64,000 bases of DNA from Lama glama (Eukaryota), in the NCBI GenBank assembly GCA_028534125.1, contig CM052817.1:87608001-87672000 (forward strand). Reading direction: 5' to 3'. A program made the translations under genes and the position numbers. This document shows, one piece after another, positions 38,871-52,706 of this stretch. The notes under the pieces are model-generated. The model searched no databases, had not been told where the DNA came from, and was given only the letters and a program-made list of their open reading frames with translations. Positions within the stretch are counted from its first letter, which is position 1. Every line of letters begins with the position of its first letter.

Positions 38871-41254
38871 TCAACAAACAATTTTGAACTGATGCCTTGG
38901 ATGGGTTAAAATATGCTGAGGTATTTTTCTCTTTAGTCAGCCTTTGGGCAGTAGCCAGGACCCTGGGCAACCTATGCCCCAGTCCAGTTTCATCCAACCT
39001 CCAAACACCTCCTCAATTTCACCAAGCATATGGTGCTGGCATTATTTTCCATGTATGCGCTGAGAGGTCCTGCTCCACTATATGATTTGAATAAGTATAG
39101 GAAATAGAAAAAATAAAGATGCTAAAAAACACAGTTATGGCTTTCATCACTTTTTTTTAAACAAGAAATTAGCCTGAGTAAGAAATTAAAATAAGCCCAA
39201 AGAAGAAATGTGTACATCTGTACCTTACATCACTGTTAAAATATGCCAAATCCATAACTGGGAAGAAGCTTTAGCAACAGGAAGTCCACCCTTTCAGAAG
39301 TTCCATAAGAACAGATGAATGAGATCAACAGGACAATTGACTTTATTTACATTCAACAGTAACAACTCTAACAATGCTGGCTGTTAACCTATTTATTTCA
39401 TGTTAATCTCCTGATTATGTCAACAACAGTTAAAGATGCAAAGAATGTCTGTCATTTGTGACATAATTTCAATGCTTTAAAAATCTCTTCATAAGGAAAT
39501 ATTTAAATTTTCCACAGATTTATTTTTCATGTTTTCAATCTATTGACATATATGATTACTTAGCTACAACCATCCTTATTCTTAGGGGGCAGCCTCTGAA
39601 ACTACATAATATAATATAATAGAAAAAAATAAAGATGTAGGAAACATAAAGGCCGCATAGTATATTAGTCCATGGGTGAAATTAATGCTGAAAACTTTAG
39701 GAAATTTTTGCTTCATTTAGGCTCTGAGGTACCTGTTTTGCCATATATTTAAGTCCTCACTCAAATTTTACTTAATAGGACCCAGTTTTCTCATTTAGAA
39801 AATAGTTACACATCTGCCCTGCTTATATGACAAGATTACTGTAGTGCTCTCATGTTACAAATCTTATACTAATAAACATCTACAAAAACACAATCATATA
39901 TTTGCATGCTTTATGATGTTAAATAGGTATTATAGTATTTCTGTATATAATATCCTTATTCATTTTACTATTGCTAAATCAAAACCAACATTAAATTGAA
40001 TTTTTAAAACAAAACATCTTCCCTTTATTTTAGAAAAACAAAATTCAGAAGAAAATGTAAGATATTTAGAGACACCATTGACATTTTAAAATTTAATTTT
40101 CCCCTAAAATTTTGGTTTTATCTAGACTTTATGTAATGACATATGGTGATAATTACTAATAATACATATTTACTCTTGATTTAATTTTGAAGTATCATCA
40201 AGAAATAATGATATGCTGACCTGAAATTTGGGTTTCACATGTAGTGCTCTAAATAGTTTTATATCTAAAAATTTCCTGAATATTTGTCTCTATTTAATAC
40301 TTCAATATTCTTAATGTGTTTTAAAAATGTTTGTCTATATAGTTTCTTTAGTTAGAACAGTAAGACCCATGAGCTTTTTCAAAGTTACATAAAATATTTA
40401 ATGGTGGGGATAAGAGGGTTTCAGTGCGGGATACTTTCCTATATTTTTGAGTTAACAACAGTAAATAGGTTTTACTCTATGGATTAGAAAGGACAAAAAA
40501 TGGCGAAAAGGCAAGATGAAGTCAAACTCGGTAATACTTTAAGTAAAGCAATTTGATCTTAACTAAAATCCTTAAAGGCCCGAAAAAAAGCAAAGCACAA
40601 TAAATAAGTGAATTCTTTAAGAATCACCTTAAAATGTTTGGATTTAAACTGACACTATCTCTTGGTGTAAACTTTGATTTATGGTTTCAAATATTCCTTA
40701 TGGGATAAACAGCAGTTTGTTAGGGATGGAGAGACAATGTATAATATACAGAGGCATAGATAGTACTTTTGGGTATCCTACTAAGGATGTGTTATCTTAG
40801 GCTTTCTACTTACGCATTTCAAACCAAAGACCATCTAGCTAATAGGAACTGACTTACAATGAATAATGTTTAATGTTTAAATTTCATAAGGATGATTTCA
40901 TTGCATTGTGTTACATTTTTTAACCTGTTATTTAATTTCCTTTCAATTTCTGATGCTATAGTATTATCCATTTGACTTAAAACCTGCCTATTTTCCTAAA
41001 ATCTTATATATATTTTTAAAAAGCCAAGTGCTTTTATGGGATGATGTTACTAATTTCACATATTATACATTAATTAAGGAAAAATCTTGAAATAAAAATA
41101 GGCTATGCTTATGCTCTAAATACATATTTGACATATATCAATTGGCATGCCACTCTGCATTTATAATGTTATTTTAAAAGATAAACATTTTTCATGTTAC
41201 CTTACATTTGAATATATATGCACACATATGTTAAAACATGTATCACAAATACAG

Positions 41255-41360
41255 CAATGGTAGCAATGTTGGTAGTGATCAATAATGGAATTAGTAACAA
41301 TAATGGAATAATAGTGTGATTAACAATAATAATGATAACACACAACAATAATAATAATCT
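41255..41360. repeat. (AAT/AAC)-rich low-complexity tract
   Basis: Seen directly. Confidence 0.7.
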
Positions 41361-41899
41361 TTATAGTCATGTTATATTGTTTTTTCCCCTCTTGCAAGAT
41401 ATTATGTACTTATTCGTGAGAAGCTATCATTCAAAAAAGTAAAAAACTTACACTCAGTCTCCTAACTCAACGAATGTAACACTGTTCTGTTTGATTATGA
41501 TGTATGTGCTTTCTCCATTGCATCATCTTTGTAATCTATTCTCCAAAGTAAGTAGATTCCAGTTTAACTTTACTACTTCATAAAACATATATTCTATATA
41601 GATGTATAATGTGATGTATAACATAGAATATATGTTTCCATTTCTCTGAAATTAATTTCATTCTAAATTTCCATATGCCAATAACCTTTAGAAGTAAAAA
41701 ACCTTATTTAAACACATATAATGTAGTGGTTGGCAAAATAATGGTGTCAATAATAGTTCTCACATCTTTACTAATAAAATGAACATTTCCAGTTCAAGAC
41801 ATGGCATTATTTAAATTATATGATATTAAATATGCATTTAAATTAAAGTCTATTTTGCCACTTATTGTTTCAATTAAATATAAACTATGTTACATTTAA

Positions 41900-42470
41900 T
41901 CCACTACTTCAAATATTTATTGAGGCTATAATACAATCAAAGCATTGAAGGGAAAGCAAAAATGAGTAAAAGTACACATTCTTCTCTAAAAGACATTTTG
42001 ATCTAGTAGTAAAAAATAAAGTAAATGCACAAAATAACCATAGCATACATCTTATTACACATAAATAATGAGGGAGAATTAAGACTCAAATGGTGTTAAA
42101 GGATAGAGTGAACAAGTGCAACTGGGAAAAATTAAGGAATTTCCAAGAAGGAGATCATATTCAAGGATTTTGCTGGTTGATTTATAGAGACTGAATTCTA
42201 AATCAAAGGCAAAAGATCAGGGAGAGAAGATTAACTGGCTATTCAGGGAATAGCTTGTTTTTCATTTGTGCTGTAGCATACAGTACGCAGAAAAAATTAC
42301 AGGGAGATAAAGTTTGAAAGCCATGATGTAGCCTGGAGCATCAAAACCTTTATATTTCATATGGTGTAAAAAAAAAAAAAGAGTTTTTTTAGCCAAAGTG
42401 CAACATGAACAGAGCTTACATTAAAAAAAATTTATCTTGCAGCAATGTTGAGCTTAAAGTCAGGTGAAGA
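41900..42470 (-). mobile_element. L2 fragment (3' end at left)
   Basis: caaatatttattgaggctat... is the L2 3' terminus in reverse, followed by a purine-rich body. Confidence 0.6.
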
Positions 42471-42639
42471 AGAGCCTCTCACTATGCATTATTTTCCTAT
42501 GTGGTCCCTGGGAATAGACTAGACAGCTTTAGAGATTTTTAATACCTATTCAAATACCTTCTTATGTCAGCCATAATAAATTTGAGTTTTTGTGGTCTAA
42601 TCTTTTTTCTCACTCTAAAAAGGTAGATTATCCTTGAGA

Positions 42640-43420
42640 AAGCTTGCTCATGGTATTTACTTGGCATTCAACTGCCTATGGGCACTTCAATGTGCACAAA
42701 ATTAGATTCAATTCCCAGGATCCCAAATAAAATCCTCTTTATACTCATTCTCCTCTTGAGTAACACCATTATGCATCCAGTTACCCAGAAAAGAAATAAG
42801 GCCAACATCCTGAACTACTTTTTTAATCCTTAGCCCAGTCAGTATTTATTTCTATTCTCTATTTTAGCTCATTTCTCGCTCATCATCACCAGCCTCAATT
42901 TTTATCATACCTTCTAAGTTGTCTCTATCTACTGTGACTTCCCATCAGTTTTATTCCTCATGCTGCGTACTGAATAGCCTTTCCAAAATCATAATCTGAT
43001 GACACACTTCTACGTATCAAATCCTTCAAGGGGTCCTCCTTTCTTGCAGGCTAAAGAATACACAACCTAGCTTGACATGCAAGACCATGGGATTTTTCTG
43101 GCCTCTGTTCTTCTTTTCTGTCTCTTCTCATATCACTTCCTCTTGAAATCTGCCTTCTAACAATGATCAGCCACTTTTAAGTTCCCTGAAAAGAATATCC
43201 AATTTCTCATCACTAGGCATTATTTCTCCTTAAAAAGACTTTTCTTGTTCTTATCTGTGTTTTATATTATTTTACTAGTTTCTATTATTAAATATGTCAC
43301 AAAATATCCTAATTGGTGGTATTTTCTGCTATTACGGCAAACAGAGAGTATCTTTTTCTTTATTTCTCTGGCATCTAGCACATTACACGAGATATATTGA
43401 TGCTCGAAAAAACACTTGTG
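42640..43420 (+). mobile_element. L2 fragment
   Basis: gggcacttcaatgtgcacaaa...caccattatgcatccagttaccc...gccttccaaaatcataatctgat...tctagcacatt. Confidence 0.7.
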
Positions 43421-45181
43421 TAAGCGAAAACTGGTTTCTGTGGATGGAGACTGCTGCCTAAAGGAAAGGTAAAACAGAGGAGATCATAAAGAAATTATAA
43501 CAATATTCTCGATGTCTAATGTATTTTATTTTCAGTCCACACTGTAAGTTCCATTACAGCCCAGCCCTTAATAGAAACTTAACATAAGACATCTTCAATG
43601 AAAATAATAATTTTTCTTCTATGAAAAGTCATGAGGATTTGAGTATTTCAATATGTTTTGTTTTCCTAAAACTTCAGAATTAGGATTTCAGTGCAGTCCA
43701 GAGAGATATGAAAGAAGGTGGAGATTTTCTTTTTTGGCTAGTATAAATATTTTAATCTAAGCATGTTCCCATTAGATTTGGTGGTATTATAGACTTATTA
43801 TTAGCTGATTTAAATTAACAGATTACATATTCATATTTTGTGGTGGCATCACTCATTCCACATACAGACCCATAACGATACAGGTATGTGATAGTAAAAA
43901 CACCTAAACATACCATAATAAAATGTTTTACTTTTTTTTTTGTAATGGAAGTCAAACCATCATTAAATATGGTTAAACACTAACATAGCACAATTGGAAA
44001 TGATTTTTCAGTTGTTTTCATTTTTGTTTTATTCCTATATCAGAAATAAAAGTAGAAATAATGATCAAATAATTTCACCCCAAAATACATAAAATATACT
44101 CATTTACAAGGTTGATATATTTTATATTAAAAAACATAATTCTTGTCTCAAATGTGCTCTTTGATGAGGTTAGAAACAAAAGATACCTGACACTTCTTTA
44201 GTTTTATTTATGACATTTATTCTGAATCTGTTCAACAAATTACAATTATCAGAGCTATATCTGAAGTACTAACACATTAGTCACAAGGGGTTAAGAATTG
44301 AACACATGTAAAGCTTTCTTTGAGGAAGATAAGCTGACTTAGAAGTTTTACTGACAGGCCATTAAATTGTATTATATCAAATAGCACACAAAAGGTAAAT
44401 GTTTTTAGAAATGAAAATAAATCAGTGTTATTTTGCTTTTATTATTGTGATTTTTAATTACCCATTTAAAATTTTCTGTACTATCAATGATATGTTAAAA
44501 TTTTACAACATGAATGCCTATTAGAAGAAGCATTATTCAAAATGTTTTATCTATTGATGTCTTCTTAAAAATTTTTTATAAATAAGATATATATGTAATA
44601 TATATGTGTTATATAGGTGTGTAATTAATCTATTTGAAAGCAAATTTACAAATGGATTCCTTTCTCAATTATGTGAGATGAAATAATTATTATTTCTGAT
44701 ATACTAAATTTGATAGTTTAAAAGAAGTGAACATGTCTACAGCTTGAACTGTTTCCACCACATTTTTAAATTCTAACATTATAAAACAAAAGTTCTCATT
44801 TCTTCAATAGCAGTATTTCTGGAGATGATTGATTTTTTTCACTAAAAGTTTTAAAAAAGTAATACCACAGAGGCCTCGGTAACAAGTGACAGCATCACTT
44901 TCCTGGGATCAGATCATTGAATACTGAAATCCAAGATAAGTGTCATTTTAGCACATGCATATAAAACAAGAGGAACTCAGAGGAAAATGGAAGTGTCAAT
45001 TCAATGAAGGGTTGTATGCACAGACTTGATCACATTAATTCTGAAGCACATTTTTAACAGAGAAATGAATAAAGAGTGAAGCCTTTGTTAAGCACTGCCG
45101 TGGCAAGCCAGCATCGCAGAAGTAGGCATCACTCAAGTCGTAGACACCAGATGATTCCAGAAATCATGGAAACAAACTTAC

Positions 45182-45231
45182 AAGAATATTTTGAAAAGAA
45201 TTAGGATCATTAAACAATATTTTAGGAGATT
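45182..45231 (-). other. Candidate 50-nt internal exon (unassigned gene)
   Basis: Minus strand: ttttttgatgttttcag|AATCTCC...ATTCTT|gtaagt. Strong acceptor and donor in unique sequence. Two open frames (ESPKILFNDPNSFQNIL or NLLKYCLMILILFKIF). No homology recognised. Confidence 0.3.
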
Positions 45232-45719
45232 CTGAAAACATCAAAAAATACGAAAGACTTCAAAAGAATAGAAAATACATAAATTAGGAGGAAACTATTA
45301 CATAAATTTATATCCATTTTAACTGTGATCTCAGGGTTGCCTAAACTTCTTGGGCTTCAGTTTTCATATTTATAAAATAGAAATGCTATTTGATGTGTAA
45401 GTTATTTCAACTACATAGCATGTTCCATCTGTAAAGAGTTCTAAAATGATTAAAACTATAAGCATAGTACTAACTTTATTTGGCCATGAAACTAAATTCA
45501 AACTTGTTTTGCCATTTACCTGGGAAGAAATAAATTTTGCTGCATAAAATATGTTATATGATACATATTATCCATGAGTAGGTGACATCTTAGACAATGT
45601 ACACAAGGATAATAAATGCATTCCATATATTAAAACATCAAAGGCAGTTCAATACAATAAAATTAATTATATTATTAAGAGTTTCAGAAGATAGTAATTG
45701 AATAAGCAACCGTAGAGTT

Positions 45720-46135
45720 GAGGGCACATTAATAAAATGATGAATACAATATATGTGTAGCATTTAGGAAAACCACCAAGGGGTATTAATAGTACTACTG
45801 GGCTAGAAAGGGATGTTTTGAGAGCTATAACTTAACTCTGGGCCCAAAGAGACAAGATAAGGAAGCAACTGCTGGAAACCAGAGATGGGAACTGCATGTA
45901 AGACGGATGTTCAAGATGCACTATGGTCTTAGGGAAAGCCAACCTATGGCAACCTGGCAGTGAGAACACAGAGGAAATATATACCTCAGCCTTACTCTTC
46001 TCTCACTCTTGCATTCTGATGCCTCTCACTGGCTAAATCTCCTTGAAAGTCTGCAGGGATGCAAACTATAAAGGACATCTTCCTTAGGCCCAAACCAAGT
46101 AGAGAAGAGTAGAAGGTGGACTGGAGGATGAATCT
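45720..46135 (-). mobile_element. ERVL-type LTR (LTR41-like)
   Basis: ctctcactggctaaatc...ggacatcttccttaggccc...agagaagagtagaaggtggactggagg. Confidence 0.55.
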
Positions 46136-46184
46136 TTCATGAATATACTAAATATTCATCAGGTATCTTCCCAACAAGTAGTAC

Positions 46185-46410
46185 TAGAGGAAAGGATGGA
46201 GACATGAACCAGCACTTCTGAATTTGAATTCAAATTCCATTGTTTCTAGCTGATTGACATTAGGCAAGTTAAGTTCCTTCTCTCTATATAGGTTTCCTCT
46301 ACAAACTGGGGAAAATAATCTTGGCAATATGTGAGAGTTAAGTAAACTATCAATGAAAAGCATCTCCATTAAATCAGACATATAACAAGCATTCAAAAAT
46401 GTTTTATTTT
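46185..46410 (+). mobile_element. MIR SINE
   Basis: ctagctgattgacattaggcaagttaagttccttctct...gtttcctctacaaactgggg. Confidence 0.7.
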
Positions 46411-47199
46411 ATCTTTATCAGATTTCATTCAGGGTACTCAAATTCGTGGCACACCTATTTTTTTTTTCAATTTGAAAAAGAGCTAAATTCTAAGAACATC
46501 ACATTCTAATTAGTTTCACATTCTTTGAAGGCAATTAAGAATATGACTCATTTGAAAACTCAGCTATATTCAATATACTTGGAGAAATCAGAATTAATCT
46601 AATGGTATAGAACTTTTATAAAATCATATGCTACAAAGGCATTGTAGAATTTATGATGTTTTATATCTCAAGCCAAATAATTCTATACAGGGGAATAAAG
46701 CAACATGATGCAATTTAACCATGGCTGTTTACTTTCATCTTGGAGTATGTGTTAAAAAACTCAACAGAAAAGCAGAAATCAGTATTGTTGCAATAAGTGG
46801 AGCATCATCTCTTGGACAATGATTTAATTTATTCAAATAACGGTCACAAACTGGCAAGAATATGTAAGAACTAGTAAGATGTGGCCTACTAATGAATCTT
46901 TACCTGAAAAGAAATCTGCAGTATATTATCTGGAAATATTCACAGCAATAAACAGTAGACTTTTGAAAATATAAACACCAATCTATTTAGGAAGTAAATA
47001 AAGATGATACTTTTGAAGTTGAAATGTAACTTAATATAGGGATAACATTGACTACTTAATTATTAAATTGTCTATAAAAGAAAATCTAATTTTTGATTTT
47101 AAATGAAGTCAATAGTCATAATGCATCATACTATTTTCCCATTTATCAATAAGCAGTATGTGGTGAAAATAATTACAATAGTAATTACAGAATGTCAAC

Positions 47200-47440
47200 C
47201 ACATTTGAGTATATATTAAGTTCTTACTCTGTGCCAGGTATTAGGCTAAGTAGTTCATAAAAATTACCACATGCATCCCTCAAATGATCTATGCATTATG
47301 CATATCTCCATTTCACAGATGGGGAGAGTAAGTCGTAGGAAAGTTAAATAATTTCCCACGTATATTAGCTGAGGTCAGGATTTACATGCAATCAATATAG
47401 CTCTTATATACCCTTATCTACTGTATTACACTGCATTTTC
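47200..47440 (-). mobile_element. MIR SINE
   Basis: cttactctgtgccaggtattaggctaag...ctccatttcacagatgggg...aagttaaataatttccca. Confidence 0.7.
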
Positions 47441-47656
47441 CATGAATTGGCAAAGTTTCACATGGTGGGCCTAAATTAAATGAAACTCCATATTCCATTG
47501 CCCCCAGTAATACCCACTATTAAAATAAGTGAATGATAATTATCAGCTCCATTAGTAAGTATTTTGTTTGCTTAGTATTGTAGCATTCTTTTACAATTTT
47601 TACTCACAAATCGCTATGCTTTAAGAAGTAAGACAAAGTCTATGAAAAGACAAATG

Positions 47657-47682
47657 ATTACTTATTAATATTACTTATTAAT
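47657..47682. repeat. 13-bp perfect tandem duplication (attacttattaat x2)
   Basis: Seen directly. Confidence 0.9.
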
Positions 47683-50508
47683 GCAACTGAGCAGCAGTAA
47701 ATAATTCACAAAGTTAGTAACCTGAAAAGATGACCATTTGAGGATAGTTGTCTCAGGAGGGTGTGCATAAAGATGATTATTTTCAGTAGTATGTTTCAGT
47801 AGAAGTATGTAAGAGTTTTCCTTTTTAATTATTTGAAAGTTATATACAGATAGAAATGTTTGTTGGGTCTTTATCTTTGACCTTTGTTAAAGCTTGTTGA
47901 GGACAGAGACATATACTTCCTTGAAAGCTCCCACAGAACCTATCACTGTAGAAATTATGTTTTTAAAAAGAGAAAAAAATAATTGCTCCAAGTCACAATA
48001 TTATGCCCCAGATAGAAATATTGAAATGGGTCCTAGTGAATGCTCAGCCATAAACGAAGTTCAAGACACAATGTAGATTATTTTTATAAAAACATCAAAT
48101 AGATCATTGCTGCCTTTTGCTTTACATTAAATATAAATACTTTAAAACTTTATATCAAATGTCCATTTAAAACTAGGAATTTTCTGTCTCTCAGCTTGTT
48201 TAATGTACAAATCATTGACAGAAAATAAGTCCTTATAAATTTTTTGAAAAATATTAATTTAAATGTAATAAAGGAATTAAGTAGTATTTCTTTCCTCAGT
48301 TAAAAAAAAAGTACTACAAAACAATGGTTTTCTCTTTTGTAGCCTTATATGAGCAAGAAAAATATTTTGTACAAAATATTAGAAAATGTATTCTCTTTAG
48401 AGATTACAATGTCTGCCTATAATATATTAAAAACATTTTTAAAAGTATATTGCCAGATATATGTACTCTCAATTATACATAGCAAAATCATTAAATTGAA
48501 TAATTCATGCAGGACTTAACTAACATTTCATTTTGTACAATTACGATCTATTAACCTTTTAATTCTTAGTACTAACCAAGTTTACATTTTACTATTAATT
48601 AATGCCTTATTTTATATTGCATTTTTCCTAATTAAATTTCTTAGTATTTTGAACACGTATTTCATATATGAACCATTCAGATCAAAAAATAGTATAAATG
48701 TACTGTCCTATGGTTCCCTTTTCTTTGTTTTTGCTTGAAAATAAACTATTTTACATATGAAATGCATTACATTTTATATTGGATGGGTCTTTTTCATGCA
48801 TTTAGAATAATAATAATGTGAATAAGTTACTATAAAAATAAATGTAAAGAAGGATAAATAAATTTTAGCAAGGTGTCTATGACCTTATCTATTTCTTACT
48901 CATATCTATTATTCCTGTATTTTGAAGTAAGAAATGAAACATTTTTCCCAATAGACCAACCCTTTGACATCAGCAAAAATGTTGCTGACAAAGTCTGATG
49001 AGGATTGTTGTGGACACACAGACATTAATTGTTTATGTTTTCATGATTTGGGGTTTGGTCGTTTGTTTTGGTACCCAGGTGAAAATAGCTCAAAAGAGAC
49101 TTTTCTTTGGTTAAGGAGTCTTTTAAAACTCTATTGAAAATGCTGTTTCTAACAAATATTTTGATGTTTTTAATGCAAAGTAGCCTGGAGGAATTTATAT
49201 GTATAATATTGTCCCAATTTCCTTCTTTAAATGTAATGAACACGTGTTTAAATGCAGTGTAGCCTTTACTTCTCAATGACTTAAGGTTTAGATTTAGACT
49301 TGATTGAGGTTTCAAAAATCTTCTAGAGTTGACTATTGCTTTAATTAGGAGATATACTTATTAAAAATTATATTCTTATAGAATAAATATCATGAGGATA
49401 ATTAATGCAATGTAATTAATAATCATTTACTTTGTACTTGGCATAATTCCAAGTAGATCATGCTTTACAGACTACAGATAAAAGATGAATAAGGCATAAT
49501 AGATTCAGTCTGATGGCAGGTGGAGGTAGATACTGTGGAAGCAGGGAGAACAGTTAAGAAAGCACAGACTCGTAAAGAATTATGGAAGGTGTAACCAAAG
49601 CATACCCAGAATGTCAACACTGGAGTGACTTTGGGAGGTATTCAGTGGTAGAAACAGAGAAACAGCATGATTAATTGGATAGAAGTTAGTGATGAATTTC
49701 CTGGAGTCTGAGACTGGTAATATTATATCAATTAGATATACTTTCAGCCAAAATCAGAATAAAGGAAGAATGGCAGATTTTTATGGGTGTTGGAGAAGAA
49801 ATAACATATAGTAATAATTTTGTAGCAGATGAGGTTAACTTGCTTGTGGAATATCTATGAGCTAATTTTCAGAAAGATCTCAATACACATGGAAACATAT
49901 TGCTACATAGAGCAATATTATTTAGTAATTAATATTTTTTAATTTGTTTTATTATTTTTAATATTATTTTTTATTTTTAATATTAACAAATACTCATTCT
50001 CTATATGAATATATTTTAGATCTAAACTTGATTGTGTGTTATTAATCTAATATCAATTTTTATCCAGGTCAACAATAGCCAAATATCAGGGTAAATAATG
50101 TCTCAAGACAAATATTAATAACTTTGGTTTAAAATCCTTTTGTCTTAAATTTGAAAAAATAGCTAAAGGAAAGTGCGATGAAGTTAAACTATTTGTAAAA
50201 ATATGTTATAGCAAACAACAGTCCATGAGCCTAAAATGATGATGATGATGACAGTTAACATTTATATAATATTTCCTATGTACCAGGAACTGTTCAAAGC
50301 CATATGTTGTTCCAAGTTCTTTACATAAATTAGTTCATACATTCCTAAGAATATGTTTAAGAATTTTCATTTACTCAGGAGACATTTAGGCTAAAAGATG
50401 TTTTAAGTGATTTTAGTCAGAATTCCAACCCAATTAATAGACTTTATCAAGCTATAAAAAATCCTATCTTGATAGGACGTTTAAAAATGTAATTATTAGT
50501 TTTCTTTC

Positions 50509-51132
50509 TGAGACAGGAATGGGGCAGGGCACAGCCATTCAAGGAATGCTACAGCAATTAACATCAAAATGATGAAAGAAAGATTCAATCCCCAGTAGGC
50601 CTTGAGGTTCAAGATAGTGGGAGACTTAACTTCTAGCAGACCTTGAGCTTCATTGTATGCCTATTGTAATATATTAGCATGGTGAGTAACATGCCCACAG
50701 GCACCATGGTAGTCCCAAGGCTAGCCACAAAAGATCAAAGAGTGGGAAATGGCCAACTTGCTGGGAATCCCAGCCCCTTCCCCAGACTAGTTAGGCAGGT
50801 CCTTCCATTTATTTCCATATGAAGCTACCAAAGCCCATACAATACTGGCAACACTGACCCTCAGGGCCTCTCTCTCTCTCCTTTCACACACTCTATGGAG
50901 TGTGTACCTACTTTTACTGTAATCTGAGCACCTAGCACCCACACCTCGTGGCCTTTTCCTGTCTTTCAATGTATCTCTCTGAATAAATCTACCTTTACTC
51001 AACTGTGGCTTGCTCTTGAATTCTTTCCTGCTTGAAGCTGAGGACCCACACTTGGCGGGGCATGTTCCAGGGGCTTGAATGAAGCCTGGGACATGGCCCT
51101 CTTTATGCCCCACATTTGTTTTTCCTGCATCA
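50509..51132 (+). mobile_element. ERV1-type solo LTR
   Basis: TG...CA termini, exact TSD TTTC (50505-50508, 51133-51136), AATAAA at 50982-50987, U5-like cttgaattctttcctg. Confidence 0.9.
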
Positions 51133-51939
51133 TTTCCTACCCACAAAATACATAGTAATTCTAGGCCTTTGGCTAATATCTCTGAAACTTAATATTTGTT
51201 TGAAGTAATGTACCAGTGAATTTTTTTCAATACCATGGTATATCATATCAAAATAGAATAGTTTTTAATTAACTAAAGTAATAGTAGAATATTAAAATCT
51301 GATAAACACTGGTCACTCTATTTTCTCACATTTTGAGATCATTCTTCATAATATTTAACAGTGATTTCATATCTTATTTTAAAATTTCAGTAGGGTGGTG
51401 CTAATATAAACATGAGAATAGTCCAACTTAAATACCTTAAATATCAATCTTATGGGTGATATGGCTATTAGAAAATATATCCAATTTGGTATACTCCTTT
51501 AAAATTTCAAAGATATTAGCAAAATAACTCTGATAAGAGTCACAACAATTTCAGTTAACAAGGGAGAGTTAACATTTGAACCATTTATTCCTTATACAAA
51601 TCATATTCCTCTCAGTACAGTTCCAGGTCCTTGTGAGAAAAAAATCCGTATAGCAATCTCTCAGATAATTGAAATTAATAGATTATTCTTCATCTTTTTT
51701 ATGACACAGCCAATCAAGAATACAAAAATATTCATACAAAAAAGCAAAGTACAAATTACTTCAAGCTATTAATATGTCATTAAGTTTATGTTTTATAAAT
51801 GCATCTCACTTTTAAGAAATTAAGTCACAGTCTTTAAAGAAAAGTTTGGGGCTTAGTCATCAACAATCAGGGAAGACTAGTTTTCTGCAGTGCCAACACT
51901 AAAATATATAGTCTAACAATTCAATTAAAAACCAAAATA

Positions 51940-52170
51940 ACTCACAGATACAGAAAGTAAAATAGCAGCTACCAAGGGCTTGGGGAACAGGGAATGGGAG
52001 CTGACTGTTAAGTGGGTACAGCATTTCCGTTTGAGATGATGATTTCTGAAAATGGATAGTGTTAATGGTTGTACAACATTGTAAATGTACTTAATGCCAC
52101 TGAATTTTGTAGTTAGAGTAGCTAAAATAGCAAATTTTGTATTATGTACATTTTACTGCCCCTTCCAAAT
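51940..52170 (+). mobile_element. L1MB-like 3' end
   Basis: cagatacagaaagtaaaatagcagctaccaaggg...gtacaacattgtaaatgtacttaatgccactgaa. Confidence 0.8.
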
Positions 52171-52233
52171 GCAAAAAGACAAGCAAAAATAAAATGAATA
52201 TTATTAGTCTTGTCTCCAAAGTGTCCCACAAAC

Positions 52234-52706
52234 TAGTGACTCAAAAGAAAAGAAAAAAAGCACAATAAGAGAGCTGTGAGTTCAGTTCTATTTGGGACCT
52301 TACTGAGAACTACAGCCTGGAAGACAGCCTCAGATAGCTCTATGGACTGCTCCAAAGATGTGGGGGCAGGTCAGTATACATGTATGATTTCAGTGAAGGG
52401 GGTACCTGCAATCAAGCACACATCGTGATAGAAAATTGCTTCTAGTCACGAGGAGCAGATGTCTCTTTTAATAATTTTAGTGCTTTTCTAGGTATGAGAA
52501 AATGGAAGAAGTTGGGTTCATAAAATTTTCTCCTAAAAATACCTATCTGAAGGTCTGTTCTGCCAGTTTTTTCCCAGAGCACAGAGTGCCTCGTTCTTGA
52601 TCCCCACCTTGAATTCTTTTCAAGCTGTGTGAAAGGTCAGCAACTGTAGTGGCTAATGGCCTAATCCTCACAGAACTTGATGGCGAGTGACATTGTTTAG
52701 TTGGCA
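52234..52706 (-). mobile_element. ERV1 solo LTR (MER41-like, artiodactyl type)
   Basis: cttactgagaactacagcctggaagacagcctcagatagctct matches recalled MER41-like LTRs. Exact TSD AAAC (52230-52233, 52707-52710). Confidence 0.85.

Noticed and set aside
40925..40995. Minus-strand 71-nt frame ENRQVLSQMDNTIASEIERKLNNR, phase-compatible with the 45182-45231 segment
   Set aside because: Weak acceptor (aagattttag) and weak donor (gttaaa), with no recognised homolog. Not enough to call an exon.
50787..51146. 119-aa minus-strand ORF
   Set aside because: It is antisense to a solo LTR and has a non-ATG start, consistent with a chance frame in GC-richer repeat.
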